From the NCBI GenBank assembly GCA_964188305.1, contig OZ076893.1: a stretch of 64,000 nucleotides of DNA; one strand, given 5' to 3'. The notes under the pieces are model-generated. The model worked only from the letters and a program-made list of their open reading frames with translations. It did no database searches and was not told the origin of the DNA. This document shows positions 1-12,830 of the stretch, piece by piece. The position numbers and the translations under genes are program-made. How positions within the stretch are numbered: position 1 is the stretch's first letter; the number at the start of each line of letters is the position of its first letter. This DNA is from Podarcis bocagei (Eukaryota).

Positions 1-514
1 GCCTATGATTCATAAAAACGTGACGATCTTGTTTCTATCTGGGGTGAAGGGTTATTAATGTCACATCATGCAGAACAAAAAGAGTTTTTTCCTCCACCTC
101 CCCTTCATTCCAAACATACAGTCTCCTTGTGGTAATTCATCAGAAGATTTACTTATCCGTCCGTCACTCCTGGTCGCAGAGATCCATTAATCAGCAGTCT
201 TATCAGTCGAGCTTTACTTGATGTATGTGCTTTCAGCTTCATTTCTAATCGTATGTTTCCAATTATAATTCCAAGCTGAAGCAACCAGCACGCGCTAATT
301 GGAATCGGCATCAGGAAGATCTGACTTCACCGAGGGCCTGTGCCAAGTGTTCGGCAGCCCCATCACTCGTATCAGGGAGTGCATTGTGAACACCGCTGGC
401 AGGACAGTGCTCTCCCACATCCTGGGGGAGCTTAGGAAGGCTGCATATTTCCCATAGCAGCCCCTTAGTACCTCGTATGGGTCAGAGAGATGTTATTGTC
501 GGCCATCTTCCAAC

Positions 515-530
515 GCGCCACCTGGTGGCC
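515..530 (-). promoter_or_regulatory. CTCF-type motif (CCACCAGGTGGCGC) with adjacent YY1-like AAGATGGCCG
   Basis: gcgccacctggtggcc is the reverse complement of the canonical CTCF core; lies just past the ABHD3 3' end. Confidence 0.5.
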
Positions 531-767
531 CCCCCCCAAATATTTATATCTCTTCCTGATACTGTTTTTATTCTCAGTGGGATGGAGAGTGAGACTGAAA
601 ATAATCCAGTGATGCTATTCAGCCTGGGGCAATTATACTTTGTATTACATATTTCCTAATCTTTCTAATGAGAAGCTTAGTTTTCCTTCTATGAAACATA
701 CTTTATATACAAACTTTACCTGCTATTGCACAGAAAATTAAACGAATATGTTTCTTTAAAAATGTAA

Positions 768-773
768 TTTATT
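768..773 (-). terminator. Candidate ABHD3 polyadenylation signal AATAAA (alternatives at 1139-1144 and 1199-1204)
   Basis: tttatt on + strand in the AT-rich region downstream of the ABHD3 stop. Confidence 0.4.
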
Positions 774-1395
774 TCCATTCTGCATTTCAACATAAAACAT
801 CTGGTATAAATATAAATGTTATAAGTTAATTAACAATGTTTAAAAAGTAAGACATATATGGCATCAACGTAAATGAAAAAGCAGTACATATAATCCCCAT
901 AGGGTCTAAAGTGCTGTAATGCTATTGTAGCCCATGGCTAAAGTTAATGATGGCTTTTTAAACTCCTATTTGCATTACTTTTAAAATCTTCCTAAAGCAT
1001 TTCCTCCATAAGTGCCCTTAGAGACAAGCCCACTTCATGTATTACAATAGAATCATGGTTTTGAATGTTATGTGCATGTGAACAAGTATGCAAGATTCCT
1101 AAATCAATTATCTAAATAATAAAAAAACCTGAGTAATTTTTATTGGTTTACTTACATGGTTTTGGTTAAGTGCAATTTAATGTGTGCAGAGTATTCTTTT
1201 TATTTAAGGTCATTCTTATAAGGCATGTTAAAATAAAAAAGTAACTATATTGCAAAATTATCAAAGCAAACTATATTTCGCTCCTAATAATGGATTTCAT
1301 CCATTTGCTGGCTTATTTGCTAAATCGTGTGCATTAAGCTTCGTTACCCTGATCATAATATGCCGCTGTGCTGTAGTCATGGTTCTGATAAGTTG

Positions 1396-1574
1396 CTATA
1401 TGTTAAGGATTTTGCTTCCGTGCTCAAACACAGCTTGAACAAATTGTCTGAAGACTCTGTCCATGTATGTGCATCTTCTTGGCCACAGTCCTTCCAGAAA
1501 ACCAATATGGCCTCCACAAGAAGTAAGAATCAAAGCCACATTAGGATTTTGTTTTGCAGTTTCTACTGGTATGG
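1396..1574 (-). CDS. ABHD3: ABHD3 exon 9 ([12 protein letters not shown]...GGHIGFLEG...ILNI*), catalytic His
   Basis: Acceptor ctttag; TAG at 1396-1398. Confidence 0.95.
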
Positions 1575-4500
1575 CTAAAGAAATAAGGGAACAAAGTATA
1601 AGCTCCCATCTCATAACTATCATTCAGTCTATAACACAATGAATGTTTTTGGTGAAGTGCAGTTCTGCTGTCAGCAGAATGCAGCTTTAAAAGATCAATT
1701 TTATGAAGACCAGTTTTGGTAATAAAAGTTTTAACTGAACTATGACATACAAAAGTCTGGGGTTCTGGGTTGTTAAAGGTTGTATTTTCATTCTGCATGA
1801 TTAAAAATACAGCCAGCCAGAGATGTTATACAGTAACAAAAGATCAAGAATTATGACAATGCTTTATGTAAGGTTTCTTTTTCTGACTATGAAGTCAGAG
1901 GGCCTTCTCGCTAGTGATGCCCTCCCTTCAGATGTGAAGGAGATAAAGAATTACACAACTTTTAGAAGACACCTGAAGGCAGCCCTGTACTGGGAGGTTT
2001 TTAAGGCTTGATGTTTTTATTAAGTTTTTAGATATTCTGTAAGCCGCCCATAATTATTATTGTATACCCTTTATTGGTGCAAATATTTGGCGACTTGTGC
2101 GTTGAGTGGAATGCCATAAGAAAATTACACTGCACACCTAGTTCTGTACTAACTTCTCATTCTGTTTCAGACACAACTCAATCGCTGAGGTCAACCAACA
2201 GCATCTTCTTAAAAGGGAAAAAACCTTACCATGATTTGGTGAGAAGACATCATCCATAGCATTTAAGCACAACACTGGAATTCCAATTCTCTTCAGCCTA
2301 CGGCATGGACTAGCATCTGCATAGTAATCCTCAATTGTAGGGTAGCCAAACATGACTGAGGTGAACTGCTTATCAAATTCCCTAATGGTCTTAGCCTGAA
2401 GTACAGAATTCAAGTAAAGGATTTATGTAAGTGTTAGTAAAAATAAAAACATGAAGTGAAATACAAATGGCTAACCCTCATACCTTCATGACAAGGTTCA
2501 TATTGAACAGCTTATCAAACATTTCCCGATGTCTGTAAAATAAATAGAGATCCGAGAGTAACCACATGAGCAAAAATAGCCAAAGATGACAGCTTTCGCT
2601 TGGGTACTGCTTCCTTCAACACACCATAACCTATTTGACATGACTGGCAATGAACCTGAATTTCATGCTAATATATTATGGTCTTTCACAATGGATGTGA
2701 GGTTGACTCACCTAATAATCGAAGACTGTAGACAGCTGGTTAAGTAGTAATTAAAGAGAAGCCAGTTCACTGGCTTTTCCAGTGAGTCTGCAGATTCAAA
2801 AACATTCCATCCTGCTGAAAAAATTGCCGCAGCCTTCAGTGGTGTTTCTCTGCCAGTTTTGCCCAAATAATTTAAAAGGAGCATGCTACAAACAAGAGAT
2901 AAACAAATAGGTAAAAAGAAGAAGAAATCACAAATGAAAATACCTCAGTCCTAAACATTTGTAATAAGAGATGAAGCACTGAAACTAGTCGAGGCAATAC
3001 TAGCCATCATGTGCGTGGCATTGTGGGGCCAAACGTTTTAATATGCTTCCATCATGGCTTATGATACAAATAATAACTTTGAAACTTTCAACCAACTAAA
3101 TTAAAAGTTTACCTGAATTCACTAGACTGATATCCGACTCAATCTGAAGAAAGCTGTCGTGGGTATTAGCGTATGTGTGTTTTTCCCTGAGTGCTTTGGA
3201 TATATTATTGCAGTATTTCTTGCCCAAACTCTGTTTGGTAGTCAACAATATTATTCCTACAAGTAGGGACCTATGGAAAAAAACTCATGCAAATGGAGAT
3301 GCAATTTCTGCCTACTTCCTGCTCCTCCCACAGTTTGCCACACTATACTCCACACTGTCCCCAATATCAATTTTTCAAAGGCACTGGGGTTACAGTGTAA
3401 AGGAACGGGAAGGACAGCCCATTCTACAGGCAAAAGATAGATCACGGCCAATCAGGGGTTGTTCTTTTTGCTGCTTCTGCGAGACTAACATATTAGTGTC
3501 AGCAGCAGCAATTTTTGTCATTCCTCTGGGGTCATTTTATGTGTAAGGTTGTGTATACAGTATAGACTGTGGCAAACATTTTTGCTTTCCTATGATGTCT
3601 GAAAAGGTCTTGTAAAAGTTTTTAGTGTTAGCTGGGCTGGTGCTGCACTTTTGAAGAACGACAAAGACTGGGTAAGGATAAATGTGTTCCAGTTTACAGC
3701 TGGTGGTTCATATGCACAATAAAACAGATCAAAATGGAGGGGAAGGAAACATTTCTTTGCTGCCTCCCTTTTATACAAATCTTTTATACAAATTCTTTAA
3801 TAAACAGTCTAGGGTACAAGGCGTTTGATTATGTGTTTATGTCTTAGAAGTCTCCTACTAACAATAACCAAATCCCTAAGGAATATAAACAGTTACACAG
3901 AGCTGACTGCCTCAGGTAAGCAGCAAAGCATCTCTCCCTCATGGTACTATAACCCTATGATAATGACTTGTAAACCAACTGCCATAATCAAACCCAAACA
4001 AGAAGGAAAGTGACTGGTCCAATACAATAAACTGTATCACAAGATGTAGGTCACATCCCACAATTCTGAAGACTGGTTACATTAATTGTATTAATCATAT
4101 CCTACAATCACACAAGATGTATATAATGATAAAATACTGATTACTATCCTGCAGATGCCTTTAATTCAGGTCTGAGGTTTATAAATAAAATGCTGCTTAA
4201 ATGTTCAAACATAGCTCCCACCAGTCATGTGTGCCAATTATTGTCACTTGTTTTCTGAGAGCTACCAACAGTTCCAGCAAATAAACTTGTAAGTAATTAT
4301 GGTAAACAAAAGCATATGATGTGGAAGGTTGAATGAGAAAAATCACTCTTCCCCTGTAAAACTCTCTTTCAAGAAGAAGTAGAAACACGATGGAAAATTA
4401 GACTTAGTACATTTCCCATGGAGTCTGTGCTGTGTATGCAGAATCTTTATTGAGGGCCTTTGCAAATTGGTTTCTAATGACCACAGAGTTACACTACTGG

Positions 4501-7500
4501 GATTTATGTTGCATAAATACTTACCCTCCCATAGAAACACCTGCTGCCATCAACGGAGCTGAGGAGTACAAGTTGTGTACATAATGAATAACAGTTTCCA
4601 AATCCTCTGTATTAGCAGCACAGTAAGTCCTTGGGGTCTGTAAGAAACCAAAAGTGGGAAAGAGTACAATAAACACTTGTTTTGCCTTTCAGCCAAGGCC
4701 AACGCAGCACCAGGTTGGTTGATACAGCAATATAATACAAAAAGATTAACACAAGCACCAATGACACTTTTAGAAGTTATGATATTCAATGAGGTAAGAT
4801 TTCAAGTGCATTCACTTTTAGTATTAATAGCAGCACTACTAAAATTTTATAAACTCCCTCTCCCCGCTACACTATAACTTTTGCAAAGCAATCAAATCCT
4901 TCTAAGCTCACAATATGTTAAGGAAATGTATTCTACAAAAGATGTATATTTGTAATTAGGCTTAGGAGCCCAGTTACAAATCAGTGCACACAGTTAGATG
5001 CAATAACTGTTGCACTGGTGTGCAAAGTTGATCGAGAGTACCGTAACAGCGTACAGAAACATAGCAACACTGGCAAGAGCCATCTTCACTAAAACCATTG
5101 TGCACAAAGTTCTTGCACAGTGCGGAATTGTACAGAAAAGGAGCATGTGGGTAACTCATCAGTACCACTTCCTAAAGGCACTTTGTACCACAACCTAGGA
5201 TAAACCAATAAAAGCTTTCAGCTGGATCGCTGCTGCCATAGCAAGGTAGAATAGACCTGCCCCACTTGTCCTGTGGAACAATTACCTAAGTTGTAAGGGT
5301 GCTGACGCCTACTGCTTGATATCCCATGATGACTTATTATAATGGTCATATAACATGATTTAATATTTAAACAATGTGCTTTTTTCTTTAAAGCTCAAAA
5401 TATTGCAAACAGTCCTCTCTAAGCAAACTTTTAAAGCAAGCCAGCATTATTATTCTTACTATGCAGATGGCGGGGTGAAGCTTAAGAGGTATTAGATCCT
5501 AAAATAGCAAAGAATCTTGTGGCATCTGAAAGGCAAGTAAGTTTATTATGCTGTGTTTTCATGAAAAATAATTTGGAGCTTAGACATTAAGAGGGAAACA
5601 CTGGCTTCCATACCCTACAGGAGGCACTTGAACGTCCGGGGGAAATGGAGCATGGATACCCCTTCCACACCCACAAATTCTCCCCTGTAAATGCCTGAAG
5701 TGTTTAATTTTTGGGCTCTGTCTGAAACAAAAGAAATGAGTCAAGCTGAGGCAAAGCCGATAGGAAAGGTGCATGCAGGTGGGTAATATGCTGATTCAGG
5801 GCTGATTAACTGCCTCTTCCTCTTTAGTTCAGCAAATGCTGGGTTGGGACACTCAAGCCTAAGCAGTGAGTCCACGGCTGAGCTGAAAATTGAAATGAAG
5901 ACCTACTGCTAATAATTGGCATTCGATGGGTTAAAACCATGGCCACTTGATGTTGTCTCCATTGCTCCGCCTTCTTTCCCATCTGACTCCATCCATCACA
6001 GTCCATTACAAGATGAGCTACAAAATCAACAAAATTTGGAATACTTCGGCATAGCATTTTCTTTTTAAGGGTAGTTCACGTACAATCTATCTAAAAAGGA
6101 ACTGTGCTCAGTGCAGATGTGTGCGCAGAACAGCCTCTGACTACTAAGTAAAAGGGAGAAACCTTGATTTTTCAATGCAGTGACTCTTCAGACTGGCCCC
6201 ATTAGATGTTTTAGGCTGAACTCTACACTTGCAATTTAATACTCGCTTACCGAACTCAATGGGAGTTCTGCCCGCCGGATGACATTAATGAAACAGCAAG
6301 GCTTACTTCTGAGTACACATGTATATGATTGCATTGCTGTTTTCTTCCACAAGCTAAACTCCCAGGTAGCACAGACATTAAAACTTCAGCTTCCTTTAAA
6401 TTATTTAATTAGAAAAAAATATCTTAATTTGCTTGGCAATATGCAGTGCAATTCTAAGCATGTTACCCCAGAATTTCCAATTGGTTAAATGGGGTTGATC
6501 ACCAGGAAAGTGTGCCTTAAGCCACAGTCCTCTGCATGCTTAACTAGAAGCAAGCCACACTGAACAGAGTAAACATGCATAGCATTGCACCATTAATCTT
6601 CTGGTATTTTATTTGTAATTTAGTTCTTTAAAATTGCATTGTTTGCCAAAATGAGGGAGTTTATTTGTGCTCTGAGGATTAAGATAACTTACTTGCATGT
6701 GCCTGTGCTTGTCTTAACTCATTTCTTGTTTATCGCTTCAGAACCATTATGCCTGGATTTTATATTATTATGCTAAAAATTATACGCTGGACGAGTTACA
6801 ACTGCAGCTGTTTATAGGGGGAAACAGCCTTTTATTGGTAAAACAGGCAAAGCCGATTACATGGCATTTCACAAAGTACAGCTAAACAAAAGATCTTTTC
6901 ACTTCATCTGAAATATAATCAAAAAGGGCTTGGTGTGCCACAAAACTGCTTTGTACGTTCATCTCCAGAAGTATGCTGAAAATGGATTCTCACATTTCTT
7001 TCATTAAGAGAATGTATTATTCATACTTTGAAACCAGCATGTTAAATGTGTAAAACTGTACACTGTGTTTCACATGTAAAAATCCTCTCCAGAGGCTGGC
7101 AACAGCTGTTATATGACAAGACCTAGACCTTAATCATTTATATAACTTCTCACTGACTCCTCATTTTTTGGGGGGAAACTCCTCCATCTTCTTAGTTGCT
7201 ATTGGGGGAAAGATAAATAAATTTATTTCACTTTATTTATTAAATTGCTATACTGCTCTTCATCTGAGAATCACAGGGCTGTTTACAGTATATTAAGCCC
7301 ACATCTTAAGTGCATTTAACTTGTGCACATTCAGCTTTACACACATGGCAAAAACGGGATGGAAAAGAAGTTCTGGGGAAAATGACTTTGGCAATCTCAC
7401 CCACCATTGAACCCAATGGGTTTGGACTAGACACAATTTTGGCTTTAGGCGCGATCCCCAGAACATAACCCCCACATAAGTTGTGGGTTTATTGTATGAA

Positions 7501-10500
7501 AACACAAAAATACATAAATCTGGAGTGGTAGTAAAAGAGACATCTTTCAAAAAGTGTATGGAGCAGCAATGGTACGTGAGCTTGACCCTTTTATCATCCC
7601 CCTCTACAACCTCAGCCCACGGCACCTTGTAGCTTGCAGAGATAGGAAGGATGCACTGAATGTGCATCTCCACGCCTTCTGGGGAGGCAGATTAAATGAA
7701 GGAAGGAAGAAGGACCATGTGGGCTTATAGGGTACCTTAAATCCTCGCAAACCCTAAAATTGTTTGGTCACTGATCTGAACAAGTAGGGAAGGCTGCTTC
7801 TGCATCTCCACATGCTGCCTCCAAACCTACTTCCAGAGCTGGCTTTAGGTTTTGGGGTGCTGCAAAAGTTGCCCTTGATGAGCTTCTCCTTACGCTTGCG
7901 TGAGTATCTCATCTCTTAGAGAGCCAATGGGTAAGTGAACATGTAGGCCATAGTGAGGAGCAGTAGTCTCTGTTTGTTCACCCACCTGCCCTCTCCCCCT
8001 CTGGACAGAAGTGGGATTGGGTCCACCGGCCCATTCATCACCAACAGTGACCAAGGAGCTGCTCCCTGTTGTCATCACTACTTGCAAGAATGTGCGGACT
8101 GGCCCTCTGTACGGCTGCCTTGAGGAGAGAAAGCAAGCAACAGCAGTAGCTCCTCCTCCTCTTTCCTACCATCACCATTTAGGCAAGCAATCAAGCAACA
8201 AGAGAAAGTGACAAGGAGCAGCTTCTATCCTCTCCTTCTGTATAGCGAGCAAGAAGAGTGGCCACAGTGGCAAGGTCAGGGATCAACTTTGGGCCCTTTT
8301 CAGCATAGATCTGAAGCCTGGCAGCTGCCTGAACATGCCAGACCTTGACACTAGCCTCATCTTGCCCCCAGCATGACAACCACCAGGCCTTACAACTCAA
8401 CACCATCTATTGCAGTAAGTGATAGGTAGAAGTGCTTCTACGTTCCACTTCCTCCTCCTGTCAAGACTCTCGCAAAGGGCCAGCCTGGAACTAGCGTCTC
8501 CTTTGGCAGCTGTCCATGCCTCCTTATGGGGGTTCACTGAACAAACCTCCAGTAATGTTTCAATTGAATCTACAAATCTGGAAGTCCTTATTTTGTTTTC
8601 CAAGTTAGATAAATTTCTATGTAGGTAAATCATTTAGTAGATTAATTAAACGCAGTTAAAACATGAAAAATTACTGATTAATTTAATGAATGAATGAATG
8701 AATGATGTAGATTCCTTATTTATATGACATTTACTTACTGTTTTATTTTCTTATTTTTGCAATGTATGAGATAAAGAGGCACAATTGTCAATGAGGAACC
8801 AACCCTCCCAGAGATGGGAATTAACCATAAATTGCTTATGAAGTGTTGCATGCTTGCAGGTATTCGCACCCATGCTATATGCTAACATTATGGTTGCTCA
8901 GTGTTCTTACTTAATTTAAGAGCAATTCTTACCAAGAGATTTTCACCAGCAATTCCTCGATAGTTTAAAATCACACACCTTTAAAAAAACAGAAGAGCAC
9001 CATTTATCAGAACTGTTAACCTGTGTGTCTTTGGATGTGAAGATCCGCACATTTCAAAGCTGCTCCAGTTAAAAAATATAGAGTTGCCCATTATTCAAAT
9101 CAGGGACATCAACATACACATTGCTTTGCACAAACGTATGACATGTAAACAGGGAGTGTGTTAACATGGCGGGAGGGCGAGTAAAACAGCAATGCTTCCT
9201 CACTGTCGAAAGGAATGTTGGTATGGAATTGGGATGTAATAGTCACTGCCTCTACTGAAACAATCCTTTGAAACAATTCCCATCCCCAGGTGGAGAAGGG
9301 CAAGTTCCCCTCACTGATGAAAGAAATCTTTCTTTCTCTCTCCCTCTCCCCTTTCCTTTCTCTCACTGTGATGGATTTGGCTTGGTGGACATTCACCACA
9401 GAGCTTACATCCTCTGAGACCAATTTGTTCACTCCACATAAGCTTATGCCTGTGTGGTGATAGCTTGGACCATTGAGGGCAACGTGAATACACCACCCTC
9501 TGCACATACATGCGCGCGCACACAAACACTCCTGCCCTGTCTTCCACACTCCTGCATTTAGTTTCTGGGGTGTCTGAACTACACAAGCAGAGGTATTGTT
9601 GATACTGACCTTTCCCTAAGTGTTTCACATGCATAACCTCAGTAAACCTTGCCAAGCAGTTCATTATTATTATTATGATGCTCTTAGTGCTGATGGGTTG
9701 GCAGACTGAAGCTAAGTAACAGTAACTTGCCTAGGTCCACTAACAGAGTTCATGGATGGTCAGATTTCAGCCAGGGACTTCACAACTCATATTCTTTGCC
9801 ACTATGCTAAGGTAGTCACCAGTTCTTTACCCCAGTCAAGCTAAGTCTGCATGGATCCCTGATTGAAGTCTCCCAACACGTCAGGAACCATCTTTGAGAT
9901 GGTCTGCTGTAGTGGTGGTGGAGACTGGAAGTAGGTCACGGAGACAGCTACCAAAGGAGCCTGTGGCAGATCAGGTGGGTGGAAAGTCAGGGCCAACAAA
10001 GGGATGGAAAGTGTCTCCAAGTGCTGTCTGTGCTACTCCTCTACCCGCTACATATGATTGTGGCTTCCTGCTTGTGCAAATTTAATCCGAGTGGTGAAAC
10101 AGAAACATTAACAAGCCAAGCTGCTTTTACCTGTAGCCCAGTGTTTTGCTCTCCTGAATCATATGGAGAATGTAGGATTCCTTGCTAGTTCCCGTGAGGC
10201 CAGGCAGCAAGAGGATAGTGGGTCTGGTGCTGGAATCTGGGTAATGAATGCTATCATGATTGTCAAACCAGTCCAGTGAAATCTGCCCTCCATCAGTTGC
10301 TGTAATAAGCTCACTGGAAAAACCAACAATGGTTAGCTTTGCAAGAACAACAATAAAGAAAAAAATCACTCTACCGCCATCACTCCCATTCATTAATCAG
10401 ATGTTTCACGGGTGGACACAGGGAGTAGGAGAATGGGAGAAAAGAGAGGCCCCACCTTAGGACAACTCCTCAAGGTTTGCAAGAAAGTTGTGTTGTTGCT

Positions 10501-12793
10501 TAAAGGGGGGGAGGAGGAGGTCAGGGCTGGCATGCACACTGCTTTCATGCTGTCTCCAAACATTGGCAGCAGAAAATAGCAGGCAGGCATGAGGCCTCAA
10601 CCAGCTGGCTGAAAGACAAGGCACAGCTGGCTACTTGCTTCCTTCAGCTTGGGTCTTAAAATGGGGAATGAACTGGTCCGGGATAATATGCAGCTGAGAG
10701 CCCAATTCTCTTTCCCGGATCCTTTAAACTATGGCATGGATTGCCCCTTGCAATGTCAATAATGGCTCAAGTCAGGAGTTAGCCTCAACCCATGCCCTAA
10801 GGTGCATGATGCCACAGCCCAATCTCCACAGGAAACCTGATGAAGCTCTTCTCAAGTTGTGAGGAGGATCAGTGGCAGTTGTTAGAGCAGCAGGTGCTTC
10901 CTGGTTTCCTGAAACTGCATGTGCTGTCATTAGAACTGGTCTCATGGAGTCAGCCAACCTGATCAATTCCACACAAGGAAACAGGTTTCCATGCATAGAT
11001 CATTGGCTAGATCAAGAACAGTAGGCCTAAATCAGATGTGCTCTAACTGGATTACACTGCTTTTTGTGGAAGATGCATTCAGATGCACATTCAATCATGC
11101 TTCCCTCTCCAGAACATGAATCCAAATGCACACTCAGCTGAAAACCATGAAGTGCAGACAGAGAGCATCTGCATTCAGGCATGCATGTGGGTGTGCATCC
11201 AGTTCACGCATGCAGGTCAAGGTCCATCAAGTGGACTCCTTGGTTAGACTAAGGTGAGTAAGCACATATAGGGATGGAGAGGGAGGTAAAAAAAAATCTG
11301 CTTTGCTTTTCTGTCTGCAGTTCTTTAAAAATGATTGAACATCTTTCTATATGCATTAATTTAATGTACAGTAGCAAGAAAAGGGCAACCAAGGTGAAAC
11401 TATTAAATCAATCTTAAAAACTTACTGCTGTGTAAGCAGAGCAGTGTGAGCAAACACATGACTAAGATACCAAAATAAAAAACATCTGTGCTGCTTCTGT
11501 CTAGCAGCTGCTGTGTACCACTACTGAGGAGCAAACATCTGACCACTTTGCTTAAGTGTAAAAGCTCTGAAAAGGAAACCTAGTAGCCAGTTTTAGGTCT
11601 GCTTTCTGCAACAGAATACTGTATGAATTAAGTGTGTGGGGAAAAACTTCTGTTGCCAAGTGGGCTCAATACATAGCTCTTTTGCACCCACATCCCCATT
11701 AGCAATGGAAGAGCCATTTATTCCCATGCTAAATAAATATCAGAGACCCCTTAAATAGAAAGTAAAACTTCCCACTTAACTGGAATTCCAGCAAATTCTC
11801 AGGGATTCTTAGAAAATAGACAGCCTTCCACCAGTCTGGTGCCTTTTCCGAGCCCAGAGGTTTGTCATGTGCATACAGCTCTTCAGGATACTGGAAGCGC
11901 CTCAAAGACACTAGCTACAATAACATAGGGTGCTCAGAAGTGTGGCCAGTTCTCATATATGTATGAATACACTTGCCCCTTCAGAAGTCACCTTCCACAT
12001 GTTCCATAATGGTGTGAAGGGGGGTGGGGCAGGGCAATATGTGCCGTCCCCATCCCAATGACTCCACTTGTACCAGCTCAGCCCTCAGACTTCCATGCAC
12101 CCCTATGGGCATTTTGGCTAAATGCATACAGGCTCGTCTATGCAATGTGGAACCTGTGCGATTGTGAATCCTGACTGTGCGCATTCAGCTAAATGCACAT
12201 ACCGTATTTTTCGCTCTATAACAAGCAGATTTTTTCTCCTAAAAAGGAAGGGGAAATGTCTGTGCGTGTTATGCAGCGAATGTGTGGTCCCTGGAGCCGA
12301 AAAATGAGGCAAAAATCAAACCGCGCTTCAGGGAGAAGGGAGCTCCGTGAGAGAGGAAGCTGTGGCTTTCCTGCATTCTGCCTCAGGGTCTTACTGCCCA
12401 CCCTCTCTGTTTCGTTACTGTGTTTGCTCAAACGGAACAAAGAGCAGGGAAAGCCCCTCCCCTCCAGGCAAGAAGAGAGGAAAAGCAGAGCGTCCTTTGT
12501 TCTATCCTCTCCCTGCTCCGGAGGGAACAATGTTTGTGAAGGGAAGAGAGATTACAGGTTTGACTTCCTGCTTTTTGTTTTTGGAGACACACAGCATTCA
12601 AATATGCTTTCTTCCATTTAAAATGATGAAATCCTTAAACAGTGTTTTGCCTGTAAATTCATGCGATCTGGAAGATTACAGTGTCTGTACCTCTTAAGGG
12701 ATGGCAAAGCTTAGGTTTCGCTGCTAAATAGTTCTTAATGCAGTTAAAATGCTTTCTTCTGTCATGCTGGTGGGAGGGAGAGGGAGAGGGAGA

Positions 12794-12830
<37 letters not shown>

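Noticed and set aside
9300-9420. C/D snoRNA (TGATGA...CTGA)
   Set aside because: The boxes are on the strand opposite the ABHD3 host intron; no terminal stem or recognisable guide
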